DNA of 64,000 bases from positions 5,764 through 69,763 of the forward strand of contig JAUYIE010000005.1 of the NCBI GenBank assembly GCA_030688365.1, read 5' to 3'. The DNA is from a bacterium (GTDB taxonomy: Bacteria; Patescibacteriota; Patescibacteriia; JACQRZ01). Positions 10,524 through 21,910 of the stretch are shown one piece after another (positions within the stretch are counted from its first letter, which is position 1; every line of letters begins with the position of its first letter). The position numbers were made by a program, and so were the translations under genes. The notes beneath the pieces were generated by a model. The model did no database searches. It had not been told where the DNA came from and saw nothing but the letters and a program-made list of their open reading frames with translations.

Positions 10524-11621
10524 CTAAAATAGGGCACGAACATCTTTGACTGTCGCCAAGATGACAATAAGTATAAGCAAGAAAAACCCTATCAAGTGAG
10601 CGGTATTTTCCGCATTTTTTGGCATCGGCTTTCCGCGAAGTTTTTCAATTATGGCAAATAATGCTCTTCCCCCATCTAATGCCGGAAGAGGAAGAATGTT
10701 CAAAATTGCCAAACTTAAGGACAATTGAACCATAAACAGTAGAATATACGCAAAACCTTCCCGCATTGCAACCCCTGTATATGCCGCGATGCCGACTGGA
10801 CCTGAAAAATCGCTAAATACCATAGTCTGAAATGCATGAATCAAGAACACAATGATGGTGTAGATCATCATTGCAACCGCTGAAAATGCAACGGGAATTG
10901 ATTGAAAAAATGAATACGAAACTATACCACCATCAGTTAGAGCTACTCCAAGACCAGCTTTTTGCACAGTAATCTCGTTCCCATTCTCGTCTTGTGATTG
11001 GAATGCTATTGTCCCAATTGTTGGCGTAACTACATGTTCCTCTTTTCCTCTTTTCAGTACCATATTTAGTTTTTTACCCCCGCTATCAGACAAATATGTG
11101 GTAACTTCACTGTATGTAGAGAATTCATTTCCGTCGATACTGATAATCTTATCATTGGGTTGTATATCCACCATTGATGCTGCTGTATCAGGTAAAACAC
11201 TTGTGACTACAACAGCGCGATCGCGAATTGTGCCTGTACCATCATAATCAGTCACATCAGCCGGCATACCAATGTTAAAACCAATACACATTAATATAAT
11301 TGCCAATAAGACATTCATTCCCACTCCAGCTGACAAGATAATAAGACGTTTCCATATAGCTTTTCCCGCAAAACTATCCTCATCTTTTGCATCTTCGCCT
11401 TGTTCCCCTTTAAGACGCACAAAACCACCCAAAGGAAGCCAATTTATAGTAAACATGGTCTTTTTACCCTGAATTTTCGCTGCGCGAGGAGGAAAACCAA
11501 TCGCAAATTCATCTACATGAACACCAAAAAGTCGGGCACTAATAAAATGTCCCCATTCATGCGCGATCACCAATATACTGAGAATTAAGACAAATACAAT
11601 TATCGTCAAAAAAATCATCAT
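10524..11621 (-). CDS. rseP: RIP metalloprotease RseP (M50 with PDZ)
   Basis: HEWGH, PLGGFV, NILPLPALDGG. Confidence 0.93.
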   Translation of the reverse strand: MMIFLTIIVFVLILSILVIAHEWGHFISARLFGVHVDEFAIGFPPRAAKIQGKKTMFTINWLPLGGFVRLKGEQGEDAKDEDSFAGKAIWKRLIILSAGVGMNVLLAIILMCIGFNIGMPADVTDYDGTGTIRDRAVVVTSVLPDTAASMVDIQPNDKIISIDGNEFSTYSEVTTYLSDSGGKKLNMVLKRGKEEHVVTPTIGTIAFQSQDENGNEITVQKAGLGVALTDGGIVSYSFFQSIPVAFSAVAMMIYTIIVFLIHAFQTMVFSDFSGPVGIAAYTGVAMREGFAYILLFMVQLSLSLAILNILPLPALDGGRALFAIIEKLRGKPMPKNAENTAHLIGFFLLILIVILATVKDVRALF

Positions 11622-11623
11622 AA

Positions 11624-12178
11624 TTATATGGTAATGATTTCTTGCTCTTTTTTATCGCCAATGTCCTGCATTTTTTTTGTATAATCCTTTGTTATCAAAT
11701 CAAGCTGTTCCAATAGCTCATACCGGTCATCTTCGGTAATCTCCTTATTTTTTTCAGCTTTCAATATTGATTCTTTTATTGAGTCACGTATACTCCGCAA
11801 TCCAACGCGAGCCGTCTCAAGTTTTGCATTCATTACCTTTACCATCGCGTTTCTACTTTCTTCTGTCATTTCTGGAAAAATGATACGAATTGTCGTTCCT
11901 TCATTAACAGGATTTACACTAAGATTTGCGTTCGAAATCGCGGTTTCAATACTTTTAATCACGGATGGATCCCAAGGAGAAATCACTAAAGAACGAGCAT
12001 CAGGCACACTTATAGAAGCGACTCCTTTTAATGGAGTCATGGATCCATAAACATCAACCATAATGTTCTCAATTAAAGTGGCACTTGCCCTGCCGGTACG
12101 AAGTCCTGAAAGCTCTTGTTTTAGATGCTCGACACCTTGAGAAAATTCTTGTTCATGCGCTGTAATCAATGTATGCAT
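11624..12178 (-). CDS. frr: Ribosome recycling factor
   Basis: LRTGRAS, ISPWD, ITEDD. Confidence 0.96.
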   Translation of the reverse strand: MHTLITAHEQEFSQGVEHLKQELSGLRTGRASATLIENIMVDVYGSMTPLKGVASISVPDARSLVISPWDPSVIKSIETAISNANLSVNPVNEGTTIRIIFPEMTEESRNAMVKVMNAKLETARVGLRSIRDSIKESILKAEKNKEITEDDRYELLEQLDLITKDYTKKMQDIGDKKEQEIITI

Positions 12179-12188
12179 AGATGGTGTG

Positions 12189-13253
12189 TTATTTAAAATA
12201 TGGTGATGGAGGTGAATAGATGTTTGTACCTAAATAAATAGTAGCGGTATTATACGGATCAAACAAGAGTTGAGACGATGATCTATTACTTGGCAATGGA
12301 CGAGATATCCAGTGTGCTCCACCATCAGTCGTACGGTAAAAGGTAGATTGTGTTGCATACACAATTTCATCATCATTATTTGGGTTGACAGCCACGGAAA
12401 AAATCAAAGCACGCCCCGATGGAGTAAGCAATGGAACTTTCTCCCATGAATCCCCCATTGAGCTAGTTCGATACATTGTATCGTCATTTACAAATAGTAG
12501 TCCTCCTGTTTTTTTCAATGTCCCGACCCACCGGAACACTGGCGAAGAAAAATCTCTTTTTAAAGGCTCTGACACATCTTCCCATGACAATCCCTTATCC
12601 TTACTACGAAAAATACCTTTTTTACGGGTTGCCACATATATCACATGTGAATCAAGCCGATCAATAACCAGATCATCAATTTCTATGTTTGGAAACCTAT
12701 ATATTGCTGTCCATGTATTTCCACGATCAGTGCTTTTGAGAATATCTCCCTTTGTAGTCGTTAGATAGACAATTTCTGGTTTGATCGGATCTGTTTCCAC
12801 ACTTGTTAGCGAAGTCATTCGGCGTGTTTCATCATAACTGATTGTCCATTCCGTACCACACTTGGTCGTTTTATGCAGCTGTGTAGGCGTCAAAACATAT
12901 AAGACACACCGAGAATCAGCGTCAAGTGCTATATCAACGACTTTTTCATTGGGTAGGGTGTTTGTCCATGTTTCCCCGGCATTGGTACTGGTAAAAAGCC
13001 CCTTTGCAGTCGTCCCCGCAAAAAGATTGGCTCCGTTTCGTGGATCTACCTTTATTGAAAGTACTTGCTCGTTTCCAAAACTCTGTTTTTTCCCATCCAT
13101 AGTAACAACAGAGTGCTTTGACACCCATGTCTCCCCACTATCAAGAGTTTTCCATATACCACCTTGTGGCGAACTGCCAAATTTCAAGGTACACCCTGCA
13201 CCAAGAAGTAATATGGCGGAAAACATGAAAATTGATAATAAAAAACGATGCAT
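12189..13253 (-). CDS. Lipoprotein with BNR/Asp-box repeats (beta-propeller)
   Basis: Lipobox LLGAGC; repeated S/T-x-D/N-x-G-x-T/S-W motifs. Confidence 0.75.
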   Translation of the reverse strand: MHRFLLSIFMFSAILLLGAGCTLKFGSSPQGGIWKTLDSGETWVSKHSVVTMDGKKQSFGNEQVLSIKVDPRNGANLFAGTTAKGLFTSTNAGETWTNTLPNEKVVDIALDADSRCVLYVLTPTQLHKTTKCGTEWTISYDETRRMTSLTSVETDPIKPEIVYLTTTKGDILKSTDRGNTWTAIYRFPNIEIDDLVIDRLDSHVIYVATRKKGIFRSKDKGLSWEDVSEPLKRDFSSPVFRWVGTLKKTGGLLFVNDDTMYRTSSMGDSWEKVPLLTPSGRALIFSVAVNPNNDDEIVYATQSTFYRTTDGGAHWISRPLPSNRSSSQLLFDPYNTATIYLGTNIYSPPSPYFK

Positions 13254-13254
13254 A

Positions 13255-14067
13255 TTAGAAAAAAAGATGTTCGGAAGCATTTTGAAATGTTCCAATTTGT
13301 GCCGCTGAATGTACGGCTATATAATGATTATTATATGATATGAATAATTTTTTTTCGTCTTCTCGCGTGGAGTACGCCATTTGTGATAATGCAATTTCTA
13401 CATCAACCAGAGCTTCTTCAGTCAATGCCGACGAGACTGCTAACTGTTGGTATGCGGGAGACGTAAACTGTTTTACATCAAACTGCCCTACTTCATCAGG
13501 ACTACGTAATGCTATACCTGGCAGACCACATGAATGCATCACTATCCTCTCGTCAACATTCATACCACATTTTTTCATATCTTCTTGCATCACTTTTAAG
13601 GGTATCTGACGAAATCTGACAACACATGCACGAGATAATATCGTCGCAAGCAATCGCGAAACTCTATGAACAATCAAAATAAAAAGGACGCGCGCTTTTG
13701 GTTCTTCCATCACTTTTAAAAGCGCATTGGAAGCACCCTCCGATAGATGATCTGCACCATCAATCATAATGATGTGCCATGCTTCAGTATTTTTTGTATA
13801 CAACGATCCGGAAATACATGTGCGTATTTCATCAATACTGATTATCTTGTGTACTCGCCGCTCCTCTTCCCATGAATTGATATGGTGTACCGCCGATACA
13901 GGGTGTGCCTGTTTCATCTGTTGTACAAAAATATCCGCAACAGTACGCTTTCCCACATGCTCTGGGCCTGCAAATACCATACATTGCGGTACTATATTCT
14001 GCTCTAATACATGCTGTAGATAGCCGATGCTTATTTTATGACCTATGATGGATTGCCAGTCATTCAT
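13255..14067 (-). CDS. holB: DNA polymerase III delta' subunit
   Basis: GPEHVGK, ISIDEIR, NALLKVMEEP, TILSRA. Confidence 0.8.
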   Translation of the reverse strand: MNDWQSIIGHKISIGYLQHVLEQNIVPQCMVFAGPEHVGKRTVADIFVQQMKQAHPVSAVHHINSWEEERRVHKIISIDEIRTCISGSLYTKNTEAWHIIMIDGADHLSEGASNALLKVMEEPKARVLFILIVHRVSRLLATILSRACVVRFRQIPLKVMQEDMKKCGMNVDERIVMHSCGLPGIALRSPDEVGQFDVKQFTSPAYQQLAVSSALTEEALVDVEIALSQMAYSTREDEKKLFISYNNHYIAVHSAAQIGTFQNASEHLFF

Positions 14068-14140
14068 ATATGGTTAGTGTAGCAGGTTTTGGAAGAAAAG
14101 AGAATATGATGAAAATGACAGGTGTATACACATCATCACT

Positions 14141-15265
14141 TCAAGTCAACAGCTCCAATGTCTTTTTTGCGCATTTCTCCCAACTAAATCTCTTGATATT
14201 CTCAAGTCCTTTAATAATCAAATCTTGCCTCAAAACGCTATCATTCATCAGTCTGTTCAATTTTTCTGCTAAGTCTTCACTTGAATGAACATTATGATAT
14301 AACGCTCCACCACCTCCCACTTCAGGTAAACTTGCCGTATACGAAGCAACAACTGGCACGTGACAACTCTGTGCTTCAATGATTGGCAATCCAAAACCCT
14401 CATAAAAACTTGGGAATGAAAATACAGCAGCATTTCGGAGTAGTGCGATTTGTTGATCCTGATCTACCCACCCCAAAGATAAAATATCATCCTTATATCT
14501 ACTGTTTATTATTTTTTCTTCAATCGCGCGTGTAGCGAGACGAGGTTTACCGGCAATGACCAGTTTCAAATCGGGAAATCGTTCCTTCACTACGGAAAAT
14601 GCATCAATAAGAGTCGGCACATTCTTTTTGTGTTCAAGCGGAGAAATGGTCAAAATATAATTTTTGGGTATCAAGTCCCATTGTCTTAATACCAGTGCAT
14701 CAGCGATGGTTGTACTGTCACTTGCCGGTGTATACACACCAGCATCAAACCCCAAAGGTACCACGACAATACGAGTTGGATCAACATGATAATATTTTAT
14801 AATCTCACTCTTTGTAAACTCAGATATTGTAATAATGATATGAGCTCTTTTTACAGCATTTCTTGTCGTCCAATACAGATATTGCTGGCGTTTCCATTCA
14901 TAAATATCCTTATACGGTATAAACCCGACATCGTGAATGGTCGTTATTATTTTTTTTGATTGAATTAACGGAAGGGCATCTGCTGGTGAAAACCAGACAT
15001 CAGGTCGTTGATGTCCTGATGCAAGCAAATTCCATGTCAATCGCGTTTGTGGCCAAAACCATTTTGTTGGAGAATGTAAAATTTTTTCTGTAAAATTTTT
15101 AGGAAAAAAAGATTTTTCATCATCCGGAAATGGATTCGACGTATATAAAATATAGTTGTTCATTGTGTCCTGCAAAGCAAACTGATGCAACAGATGATAG
15201 GTATACCATTCTACTCCTGTCTTTTCCTTGCGAGCGGCAGGAGAAGCGTCAATGCCAATAGTCAT
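14141..15265 (-). CDS. Glycosyltransferase family 4
   Basis: TIHD, KNVPTLI, PSFYEGFGLPIIEA, FSWEKCA. Confidence 0.92.
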   Translation of the reverse strand: MTIGIDASPAARKEKTGVEWYTYHLLHQFALQDTMNNYILYTSNPFPDDEKSFFPKNFTEKILHSPTKWFWPQTRLTWNLLASGHQRPDVWFSPADALPLIQSKKIITTIHDVGFIPYKDIYEWKRQQYLYWTTRNAVKRAHIIITISEFTKSEIIKYYHVDPTRIVVVPLGFDAGVYTPASDSTTIADALVLRQWDLIPKNYILTISPLEHKKNVPTLIDAFSVVKERFPDLKLVIAGKPRLATRAIEEKIINSRYKDDILSLGWVDQDQQIALLRNAAVFSFPSFYEGFGLPIIEAQSCHVPVVASYTASLPEVGGGGALYHNVHSSEDLAEKLNRLMNDSVLRQDLIIKGLENIKRFSWEKCAKKTLELLT

Positions 15266-15266
15266 A

Positions 15267-16274
15267 TTATTTTGTCGCTAAGATACTGCGCTTATACGCA
15301 TCCAAGTTCTCTAAAACAATACCCGTACCTTTGGCAACACACAAAAGCGCTTCGTCAGCGACATACGCAGTAATACCGGTTGCGCGAGTGATCAACTGAT
15401 CAAAATTGCGTAAAAGAGAACTACCTCCCGACATAATGATTCCTCTATCAATCACATCAGCTGCCAGTTCCGGTGGTGTATCCTGCAACACTGCCTTGAC
15501 TGCTGAAACAATACCATCAAGTTCGTGCGATATAGCGTTGGTCACATCATCAGAACTGATAGTGATCGTTTTTGGTAATCCTGAAATGATATCTCGCCCC
15601 CGCACTTGCATAATCAACTTATCTTCCATATATAGCGCCGACCCAATGGTAATTTTTATCTCCTCGGCAGTACGTTCACCGATAGCAAGGCCATATTTTT
15701 TACGAATATCCTCCACAACAGCCGCATCAAACTTGTTTCCGCCAATACGCACTGAATTGCATGCAACCACCCCACCTAGTGATATGACTGCAACCTCGGA
15801 CGTTCCCCCACCTATATCAATAATCATGTGCCCCGACGCATTACCAATAGGAATATTCGCACCGATCGCTGCTGCTACTGGTTCTTTAATAATATATGCA
15901 GCACGAGCTCCTGCTGCCAAAGTAGCGTCAATGACCGCACGACGCTCTGTGGAAGTGATTCCCGCAGGTACTGCTACCATCACCTCGGGACGAAACAAGC
16001 GAACCCCACCTAATGCTTTATTGATAAAATATCGTAACATCGCTTCCGTCGTCCGATAATCAGCAATAACGCCGTCTTTGAGCGGTCGTGATGCTACGAT
16101 AGTATCTGGCGTACGTCCCAACATCTCCTTCGCTTCATTGCCCACGGCCAACACTTTTTTATCAGCAACAGAAATCGCCACCACAGACGGTTCATTAATA
16201 ACAATACCCTTTTTGGGCATGTGAACCAGTACGTTGGTCGTACCCAAATCAATACCAATTTTTTTGTGTAGCAT
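15267..16274 (-). CDS. mreB: Rod shape-determining protein MreB/Mbl
   Basis: [32 protein letters not shown]. Confidence 0.96.
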   Translation of the reverse strand: MLHKKIGIDLGTTNVLVHMPKKGIVINEPSVVAISVADKKVLAVGNEAKEMLGRTPDTIVASRPLKDGVIADYRTTEAMLRYFINKALGGVRLFRPEVMVAVPAGITSTERRAVIDATLAAGARAAYIIKEPVAAAIGANIPIGNASGHMIIDIGGGTSEVAVISLGGVVACNSVRIGGNKFDAAVVEDIRKKYGLAIGERTAEEIKITIGSALYMEDKLIMQVRGRDIISGLPKTITISSDDVTNAISHELDGIVSAVKAVLQDTPPELAADVIDRGIIMSGGSSLLRNFDQLITRATGITAYVADEALLCVAKGTGIVLENLDAYKRSILATK

Positions 16275-16277
16275 AGA

Positions 16278-18212
16278 TCAAAGGTTCACGGAAAAAAATC
16301 TATCAACGCGGAGGTCAGATTGTAACTGGACGCTCTTTATATCTATTTTTGTATTGAAAAAACCTGTAGGTGAATATTCCTTAATAGGTTGTTGAAATGT
16401 TAGTTTCGCTTTGAATTGTTGATTGGTGACCCCTGCTTGTTTTTGTGCCAACAAAGTATAATGGCCAGATCGTACCATATCTTCAATGTGTGATGGCAAT
16501 TTGTACTCCACGCTGAAATGCTTTGTGGTACGCGGTTCAACCACAATGTAGGCGCCAAAATACGTCTTGTCAAGTTCTTGACCTACCACGACAGTACCCA
16601 CCTCATCAGATAATTCCTTTTCCATCGCACCCTGTGAGCTGATAAACGTACTACCATTGGGTACATAAATACGTACCCAATCACGGTACCGTGTTGTAAA
16701 CCATGTAAATGAACCATTATTGGTATAATATAAATCAACCCTTCCTCGCAGTGTACCGTCTTTTTGTTCTATCACTGTGTAATCAATATGTTTGTCCATC
16801 ACCGTATCTGTCTTGAGTGAAATCATGTTACTATCAGCTACCATGACAAAATCACCGTCTGTCTCTTTAAATTCACCGGTCCAATTTTGACTACGTGCAA
16901 AATTTTGCAACACAGGATCGTTTAGATACACCATGACTTGTCGTTCCTGCACTAATCTTTGCATTGTAGCAATAACCTCTGATAAACGTTCGGTGGGCAA
17001 CTTGTACAACCTTTGTAAAATTCTATCAGATAGAGTGCCAATAATTTCTTTTCGATTTGATTCTGTCACCCCTCTTTGGTAATACCCTTTTTCAACTTGA
17101 TATTGAAGTTCTGTCTCAAAATTTTCAGCGGTAAATACTATACCTTCCACATCAATAGGACCGACAAAGCGCAATAAGGGAACGATAAAATCCTGTGATA
17201 CTGCAATCACTCCGTCTAGATGTTCTTTACCACCTTCTTGCTCATAAAACCACATCGCTTTTTTAGCAGATTCACTAAAATCCGGTGACCAATTTGAATC
17301 GCGTAAAAACCATTGATTTGTCTTAAAATATTTTGCGATTGGCAATGGAGGTGCCACTTTCAGAGATAGAGCTGCATCATCAAGATTGTAGATATTGTCA
17401 GTTACAAACTCCTTTATTTCGCCGTTGTGCAATTTCAATATTCCATAATTACCAATAAATCCTCCACTTCCGCGCACTTCAGCATTGTTTTGCATCAAAA
17501 AAAGATACGTTTGTTTTTTTGGATACCCTAATAATGCAGGTCCCATATCAAAAAATGGTGAAAATATTTCAAATGCACTATTCAAGACATCAATCCCGTC
17601 AGTCGCTCTTTTAATAGAATCATCAAAAAAAGGATGCAAAATTCCCATATCCATATTGTGCAGTGCACTCTGTTGGAGTAATAAGTCAGCATGTACTGCA
17701 CGTAAATGATCACTTTCTTTTTCAACAAGACTCAATATCAATCCTTTTTGCTCTTCAGACACATCGCGTAACGAATATATGGTATCTCCACCCCCTAAAA
17801 TATCAAAAAAATCATTAGCAATTTCAACCCCTTGTTGTGCATCTATTATTAAGGACTGGCCTATATGGATGAAATTTAGAGTCGATTTATACGGTGTGTC
17901 AACGTAGGGAATGTGTGATAACAAAGTCAAATGACCAAATATTTCATTAAGTTCCTGTGTTGAATTATTCAGAACGTGCAATGCAGATGTTATACCATCC
18001 AAATCTCTGCTTTCTATTAGTACATGTATTGTGGATAATGAGTGTTTGATCTCCAAAGCAGTATGATAGGCGCGATACGCATAAAAACTGACATACAACA
18101 AAATGCTTATGATAAACACCACAAGCAGACTGGTTATCATTTTAAATAGTCGCCATGCAATTGCTCGACGTCTATAGTACCTATGTGAAAAATGTTTAGG
18201 CAAAAGATTCAT
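16278..18212 (-). CDS. DUF4012 domain protein
   Basis: YLFLMQNNAEVRGSGGFIG, RDSNWSPDF. Confidence 0.8.
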   Translation of the reverse strand: MNLLPKHFSHRYYRRRAIAWRLFKMITSLLVVFIISILLYVSFYAYRAYHTALEIKHSLSTIHVLIESRDLDGITSALHVLNNSTQELNEIFGHLTLLSHIPYVDTPYKSTLNFIHIGQSLIIDAQQGVEIANDFFDILGGGDTIYSLRDVSEEQKGLILSLVEKESDHLRAVHADLLLQQSALHNMDMGILHPFFDDSIKRATDGIDVLNSAFEIFSPFFDMGPALLGYPKKQTYLFLMQNNAEVRGSGGFIGNYGILKLHNGEIKEFVTDNIYNLDDAALSLKVAPPLPIAKYFKTNQWFLRDSNWSPDFSESAKKAMWFYEQEGGKEHLDGVIAVSQDFIVPLLRFVGPIDVEGIVFTAENFETELQYQVEKGYYQRGVTESNRKEIIGTLSDRILQRLYKLPTERLSEVIATMQRLVQERQVMVYLNDPVLQNFARSQNWTGEFKETDGDFVMVADSNMISLKTDTVMDKHIDYTVIEQKDGTLRGRVDLYYTNNGSFTWFTTRYRDWVRIYVPNGSTFISSQGAMEKELSDEVGTVVVGQELDKTYFGAYIVVEPRTTKHFSVEYKLPSHIEDMVRSGHYTLLAQKQAGVTNQQFKAKLTFQQPIKEYSPTGFFNTKIDIKSVQLQSDLRVDRFFSVNL

Positions 18213-19003
18213 AACGATGTATTGATCCCGTGCTTAAAAAAATATTTTATACTACTCATGATATGAATGCGCGTGATACTCTTAAATATGTCCAAAATAC
18301 CACCACCAGCAGACTCACGATGATATAAGTGTGTCATTGTGGCATTAGGTAAATAATGCACTGCCTTTCCTGACTTCCAAAAGGTTCGACATAAATCCAC
18401 GTCTTCCATATAGAGAAAAAATTTCTCATCCATCATACCTACATCCTCATAATCCTTTCGACGAACACATAAAACCGCTCCCAACAACCAGTCTACCGAT
18501 GTTGGGATATCCAAGGAGACGTCGCGCATGAGAAAATGTTGTAAATGACGTTTCCCCAGCCATGTGCGTGCGAATATAGTGCGACGATACATTGGCGTCA
18601 AAAGTCTATAAAAACGATAATACGATTGCTGAATAGCGCCATCTGGATTATGCAAGCGTGGGCCAACGATCCCCACGTCAGGATGACTACGCAAGTATCC
18701 AACCATTGTGTCCAATGATCCTGCATGAGGAGTAACATCAGGGTTGCAAATAAGGATGTGATCACCGCTTGCGCGCCTGGCACCCGCATTATTGGCCCGC
18801 GACAAACCGACGTTTCTCCCCATTGATATATAGTGTACAGCAGGAAAACGTTCTTGTAGAATCGTCTCAAGACCTCTACCGGGAGAATTATCCACAACAA
18901 TGATCTCCTGCGACAAAGAAGTATGCAAGTGTGTAAATTCCTTCACACATTCTCGGGCAAGTCCTTCCGAGTGGTAATTAACTATAATGATAGAAACATC
19001 CAT
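18209..19003 (-). CDS. Glycosyltransferase family 2
   Basis: VSIIIVNY, VVDN, NPD, FFLYMEDVDLC. Confidence 0.9.
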   Translation of the reverse strand: MDVSIIIVNYHSEGLARECVKEFTHLHTSLSQEIIVVDNSPGRGLETILQERFPAVHYISMGRNVGLSRANNAGARRASGDHILICNPDVTPHAGSLDTMVGYLRSHPDVGIVGPRLHNPDGAIQQSYYRFYRLLTPMYRRTIFARTWLGKRHLQHFLMRDVSLDIPTSVDWLLGAVLCVRRKDYEDVGMMDEKFFLYMEDVDLCRTFWKSGKAVHYLPNATMTHLYHRESAGGGILDIFKSITRIHIMSSIKYFFKHGINTSL

Positions 19004-19007
19004 AGAA

Positions 19008-19979
19008 TTATTGCAAAAATTTCATGATCTCATGATTATTGACAAAACGACGAGACATGATCTTTGTTCGTTTAGTTGTCATTTTTTTTCGTAACTTCCA
19101 CATATCCTTTATTCCGGCTAATGTTGCCCGTTCCATTACAAGCAAATAGCATAGTTTAGCAGTCTCATATAGGGTAATAAAAGGGAAACATCGGGCAAAG
19201 ACACCTCCGCTTAGATTTTTTTTTAACATATACCAATGATTCCGATACGACCAATAATTGACTTTTTTGTTGGTTCGTATCAAGGCATCTCCCTTTGTCC
19301 GAAAGTGATATGCGCGCGCACTGGGTACACAATACGATGTCCAGTTGCGCCAGTGCAACCTATACGCAATATCCACATCCTCTTTATACATAAAAAAATC
19401 CTCGTCAAAGTATTCATGTCTACCATCTATATCAATGGCGATATCTTCTAGCGCTGTACGACGATACATAGCGCACGCACCTGACGGACCAAATATCTCA
19501 AACGGTTCACTCCATGACACAACATGTCGTTCATCTTTGACATTGTGGCTTTTTTTGATACGAATACCGCATGTGTCTATATCTTCTGTCTTTTTAATCC
19601 TGCCATCCCCATTCCACTGCGCGCGTTGCAAAATTCCACTTACCGATGCAACAGCCGGATTATTTTCTAAAAATACAACACACTCACGCACGTAATCCGG
19701 CTCAATAATCATGTCTTGATTAAACAACATGACGTAGTCTGATTCACTTTGACGGATCACTTCGTTGTGCCCTACTCCAAAACCATTATTTTTTTCAGAT
19801 AGTATCAGCGTGGTATGCGGTGCATGTTTTTTAATATATGCGACTGACTCATCTGTTGATGCATTGTCCAAAATCACAAGTCGTACGTCTTCTTCCAAAA
19901 GCGCATTCAAGGTGGGTAATGCGTATGGCAAATAACCAACCGCATTGTACGTAACCATGCTTATCGTAACTTTTGCCAT
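19008..19979 (-). CDS. Glycosyltransferase family 2
   Basis: LDNASTD, NQD, FFMYKEDVDIAYR. Confidence 0.9.
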   Translation of the reverse strand: MAKVTISMVTYNAVGYLPYALPTLNALLEEDVRLVILDNASTDESVAYIKKHAPHTTLILSEKNNGFGVGHNEVIRQSESDYVMLFNQDMIIEPDYVRECVVFLENNPAVASVSGILQRAQWNGDGRIKKTEDIDTCGIRIKKSHNVKDERHVVSWSEPFEIFGPSGACAMYRRTALEDIAIDIDGRHEYFDEDFFMYKEDVDIAYRLHWRNWTSYCVPSARAYHFRTKGDALIRTNKKVNYWSYRNHWYMLKKNLSGGVFARCFPFITLYETAKLCYLLVMERATLAGIKDMWKLRKKMTTKRTKIMSRRFVNNHEIMKFLQ

Positions 19980-19986
19980 AAATCCT

Positions 19987-21471
19987 TTATTTTCGTGCTT
20001 TTTCTGTCACCCAAAATCCTAAATATCGTCCAAAAAACATACGAGTCTGGGCATCAATTGCAGGTAGGGAGCTTAGCACAATCAATGTAATTGGCAAGAG
20101 TATCCACTGGGCGATCATATATATCATTTTGTGTGCAGAATGAGTTTTTGGGCGAGGAGGTAAGGCAATGATCGTGAGTATAGCAATAACAATCACCCCC
20201 ACCAATGTAAGGTTCAAAAGATTTTCAAGTATAAACGGCGCATTTTGCGCGAGTGCTGTTTGAGAAACCTCACCATGAGCAAAATAAAGTGGCAAACGAC
20301 CAAGTGCAAAAATCAAAATTGGAGCCGTCGCCCATGTATACATACCCTCCAACTGTATCCACAAATATTTGATCCTTTTTTTTAATGGAATCAGATTATC
20401 GTGCCAAAATCTCGTTACCATAAACGGAAAATGTTCTACTCCCCACGCCCACCGTCGTTGTTGTTTGTAGAGATTGACCAGACTAGCCCATTGGGTACGT
20501 GCTTGCACGGTATCCATGTTAACGGGCACGTATATCGGTGTTACTGAATAATCTCCATGATACCGCAAAAAACATTGCAAAAATATACGTGAATCCTCAC
20601 TGACAATATCATTTTGCCAAAATCCAACATCAACCAATGCTTTAAAACTCATACTGTGTGAAGAGAATGTAAAAAGACGATCAGGTCGAGCAAGCTCTGA
20701 CAACAACCAAAATGTCGTACCAAATGCCGCCAAACGCATGGGTGCTGATGATTCCCAGATATTGTTATTATACAAAACGACAGGTTGGTAACTGGTACGA
20801 GTTGGATGAGGATGATGCAAATACGCGTGAGTAAGAGCAGCAAAATATTGTGGATGCGGATTTGTATCAATATCAAACGTTGACACGATAATATCTTCAT
20901 AGGGTATATTGAGCGTATCAATGACCTTTTTGACGTGTTTTCCTGCATAATTGATGTTCGCTCCTTTGGAAGCCATTTCGCCAGCAACATTGTCAGGGTG
21001 GAGCGTCACAATAAATTTAAAAAACTTTGGTCCGTATTTTTTCTTCATTTTTTCAGCAATTTTTTCAAAATGCTCTTGCGCCCGCGCTTCACCTGCAAGT
21101 ACAACGATAAATCGCTCCATTGAATAATGGCTCCTTAAAATAGACTGCAATGTGGTGTCAACAATCTCTTCTTCCTCTTTTGACATTGGTAAAAACAAAA
21201 GATGATATATATTTTTCCATTTTTTATTATCTTTCGTCAAAGTATCAAACCAATCCACTCGTAATGCCGACATAAATTTCCGCCAGCCATAGAGTAAAAA
21301 AATAAGAAAATAAACGACACGGTATAGCCAGAGAAGATCAAACAGTATAATAAAATAAATTACCCACAGTGGCTGAAAAAAAGAAAAAACAAGAGCACCA
21401 ATAAAGGTGCCCCAGAGTAAAAATCCCGGTACCATCTCCAACAACCGATATGTACGCGTGCGGGAATTCAT
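19987..21471 (-). CDS. Membrane glycosyltransferase family 2 (processive type)
   Basis: DID, SED, QQRRW motifs with TM helices. Confidence 0.8.
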   Translation of the reverse strand: MNSRTRTYRLLEMVPGFLLWGTFIGALVFSFFQPLWVIYFIILFDLLWLYRVVYFLIFLLYGWRKFMSALRVDWFDTLTKDNKKWKNIYHLLFLPMSKEEEEIVDTTLQSILRSHYSMERFIVVLAGEARAQEHFEKIAEKMKKKYGPKFFKFIVTLHPDNVAGEMASKGANINYAGKHVKKVIDTLNIPYEDIIVSTFDIDTNPHPQYFAALTHAYLHHPHPTRTSYQPVVLYNNNIWESSAPMRLAAFGTTFWLLSELARPDRLFTFSSHSMSFKALVDVGFWQNDIVSEDSRIFLQCFLRYHGDYSVTPIYVPVNMDTVQARTQWASLVNLYKQQRRWAWGVEHFPFMVTRFWHDNLIPLKKRIKYLWIQLEGMYTWATAPILIFALGRLPLYFAHGEVSQTALAQNAPFILENLLNLTLVGVIVIAILTIIALPPRPKTHSAHKMIYMIAQWILLPITLIVLSSLPAIDAQTRMFFGRYLGFWVTEKARK

Positions 21472-21484
21472 GATCGTTTATCAG

Positions 21485-21868
21485 CTATTTGGTTTTCTTT
21501 GCTTTCTTGGATGATTTGGCTGATTTTGTAATAGGTGTCTTTGTGTCTATCATTTCTTCCAATTCAAGTCCGTTTTTAAAATCTTCCCAACGATCCTTTA
21601 GCGCTATTGCTACATCATTAAGATATTCCTTGCCAATTTTTGAACTCTTTGAAAAATCCTTGACTGACGCCATTACCATATCTTCGTATGCGCCACGTGA
21701 CATTTTTTTCAAATTTTTTGACTGTACTAAAAACTGCTTAGAAAACGTATCAATCAACTTTTTGACATCTTTATGTGTCTTTTTTCCTGACTGTGGCGCC
21801 AAAAACAACGTCGCAACTCCAGCGATCAATGCCCCAAATGCCGCTCCCTTCATAAATGGCTTACTCAT
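21485..21868 (-). CDS. YtxH-like protein
   Basis: FMKGAAFGALIAGVATLFLAPQSGK. Confidence 0.8.
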   Translation of the reverse strand: MSKPFMKGAAFGALIAGVATLFLAPQSGKKTHKDVKKLIDTFSKQFLVQSKNLKKMSRGAYEDMVMASVKDFSKSSKIGKEYLNDVAIALKDRWEDFKNGLELEEMIDTKTPITKSAKSSKKAKKTK

Positions 21869-21910
21869 ATAATATAAAGTTATGAATGTAAAGGTATTAT
21901 AGCACTATTT

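Noticed and set aside
15406-16059. Long + strand ORFs antisense to mreB, dnaK, murF and others
   Set aside because: Shadow frames of well-supported genes on the opposite strand
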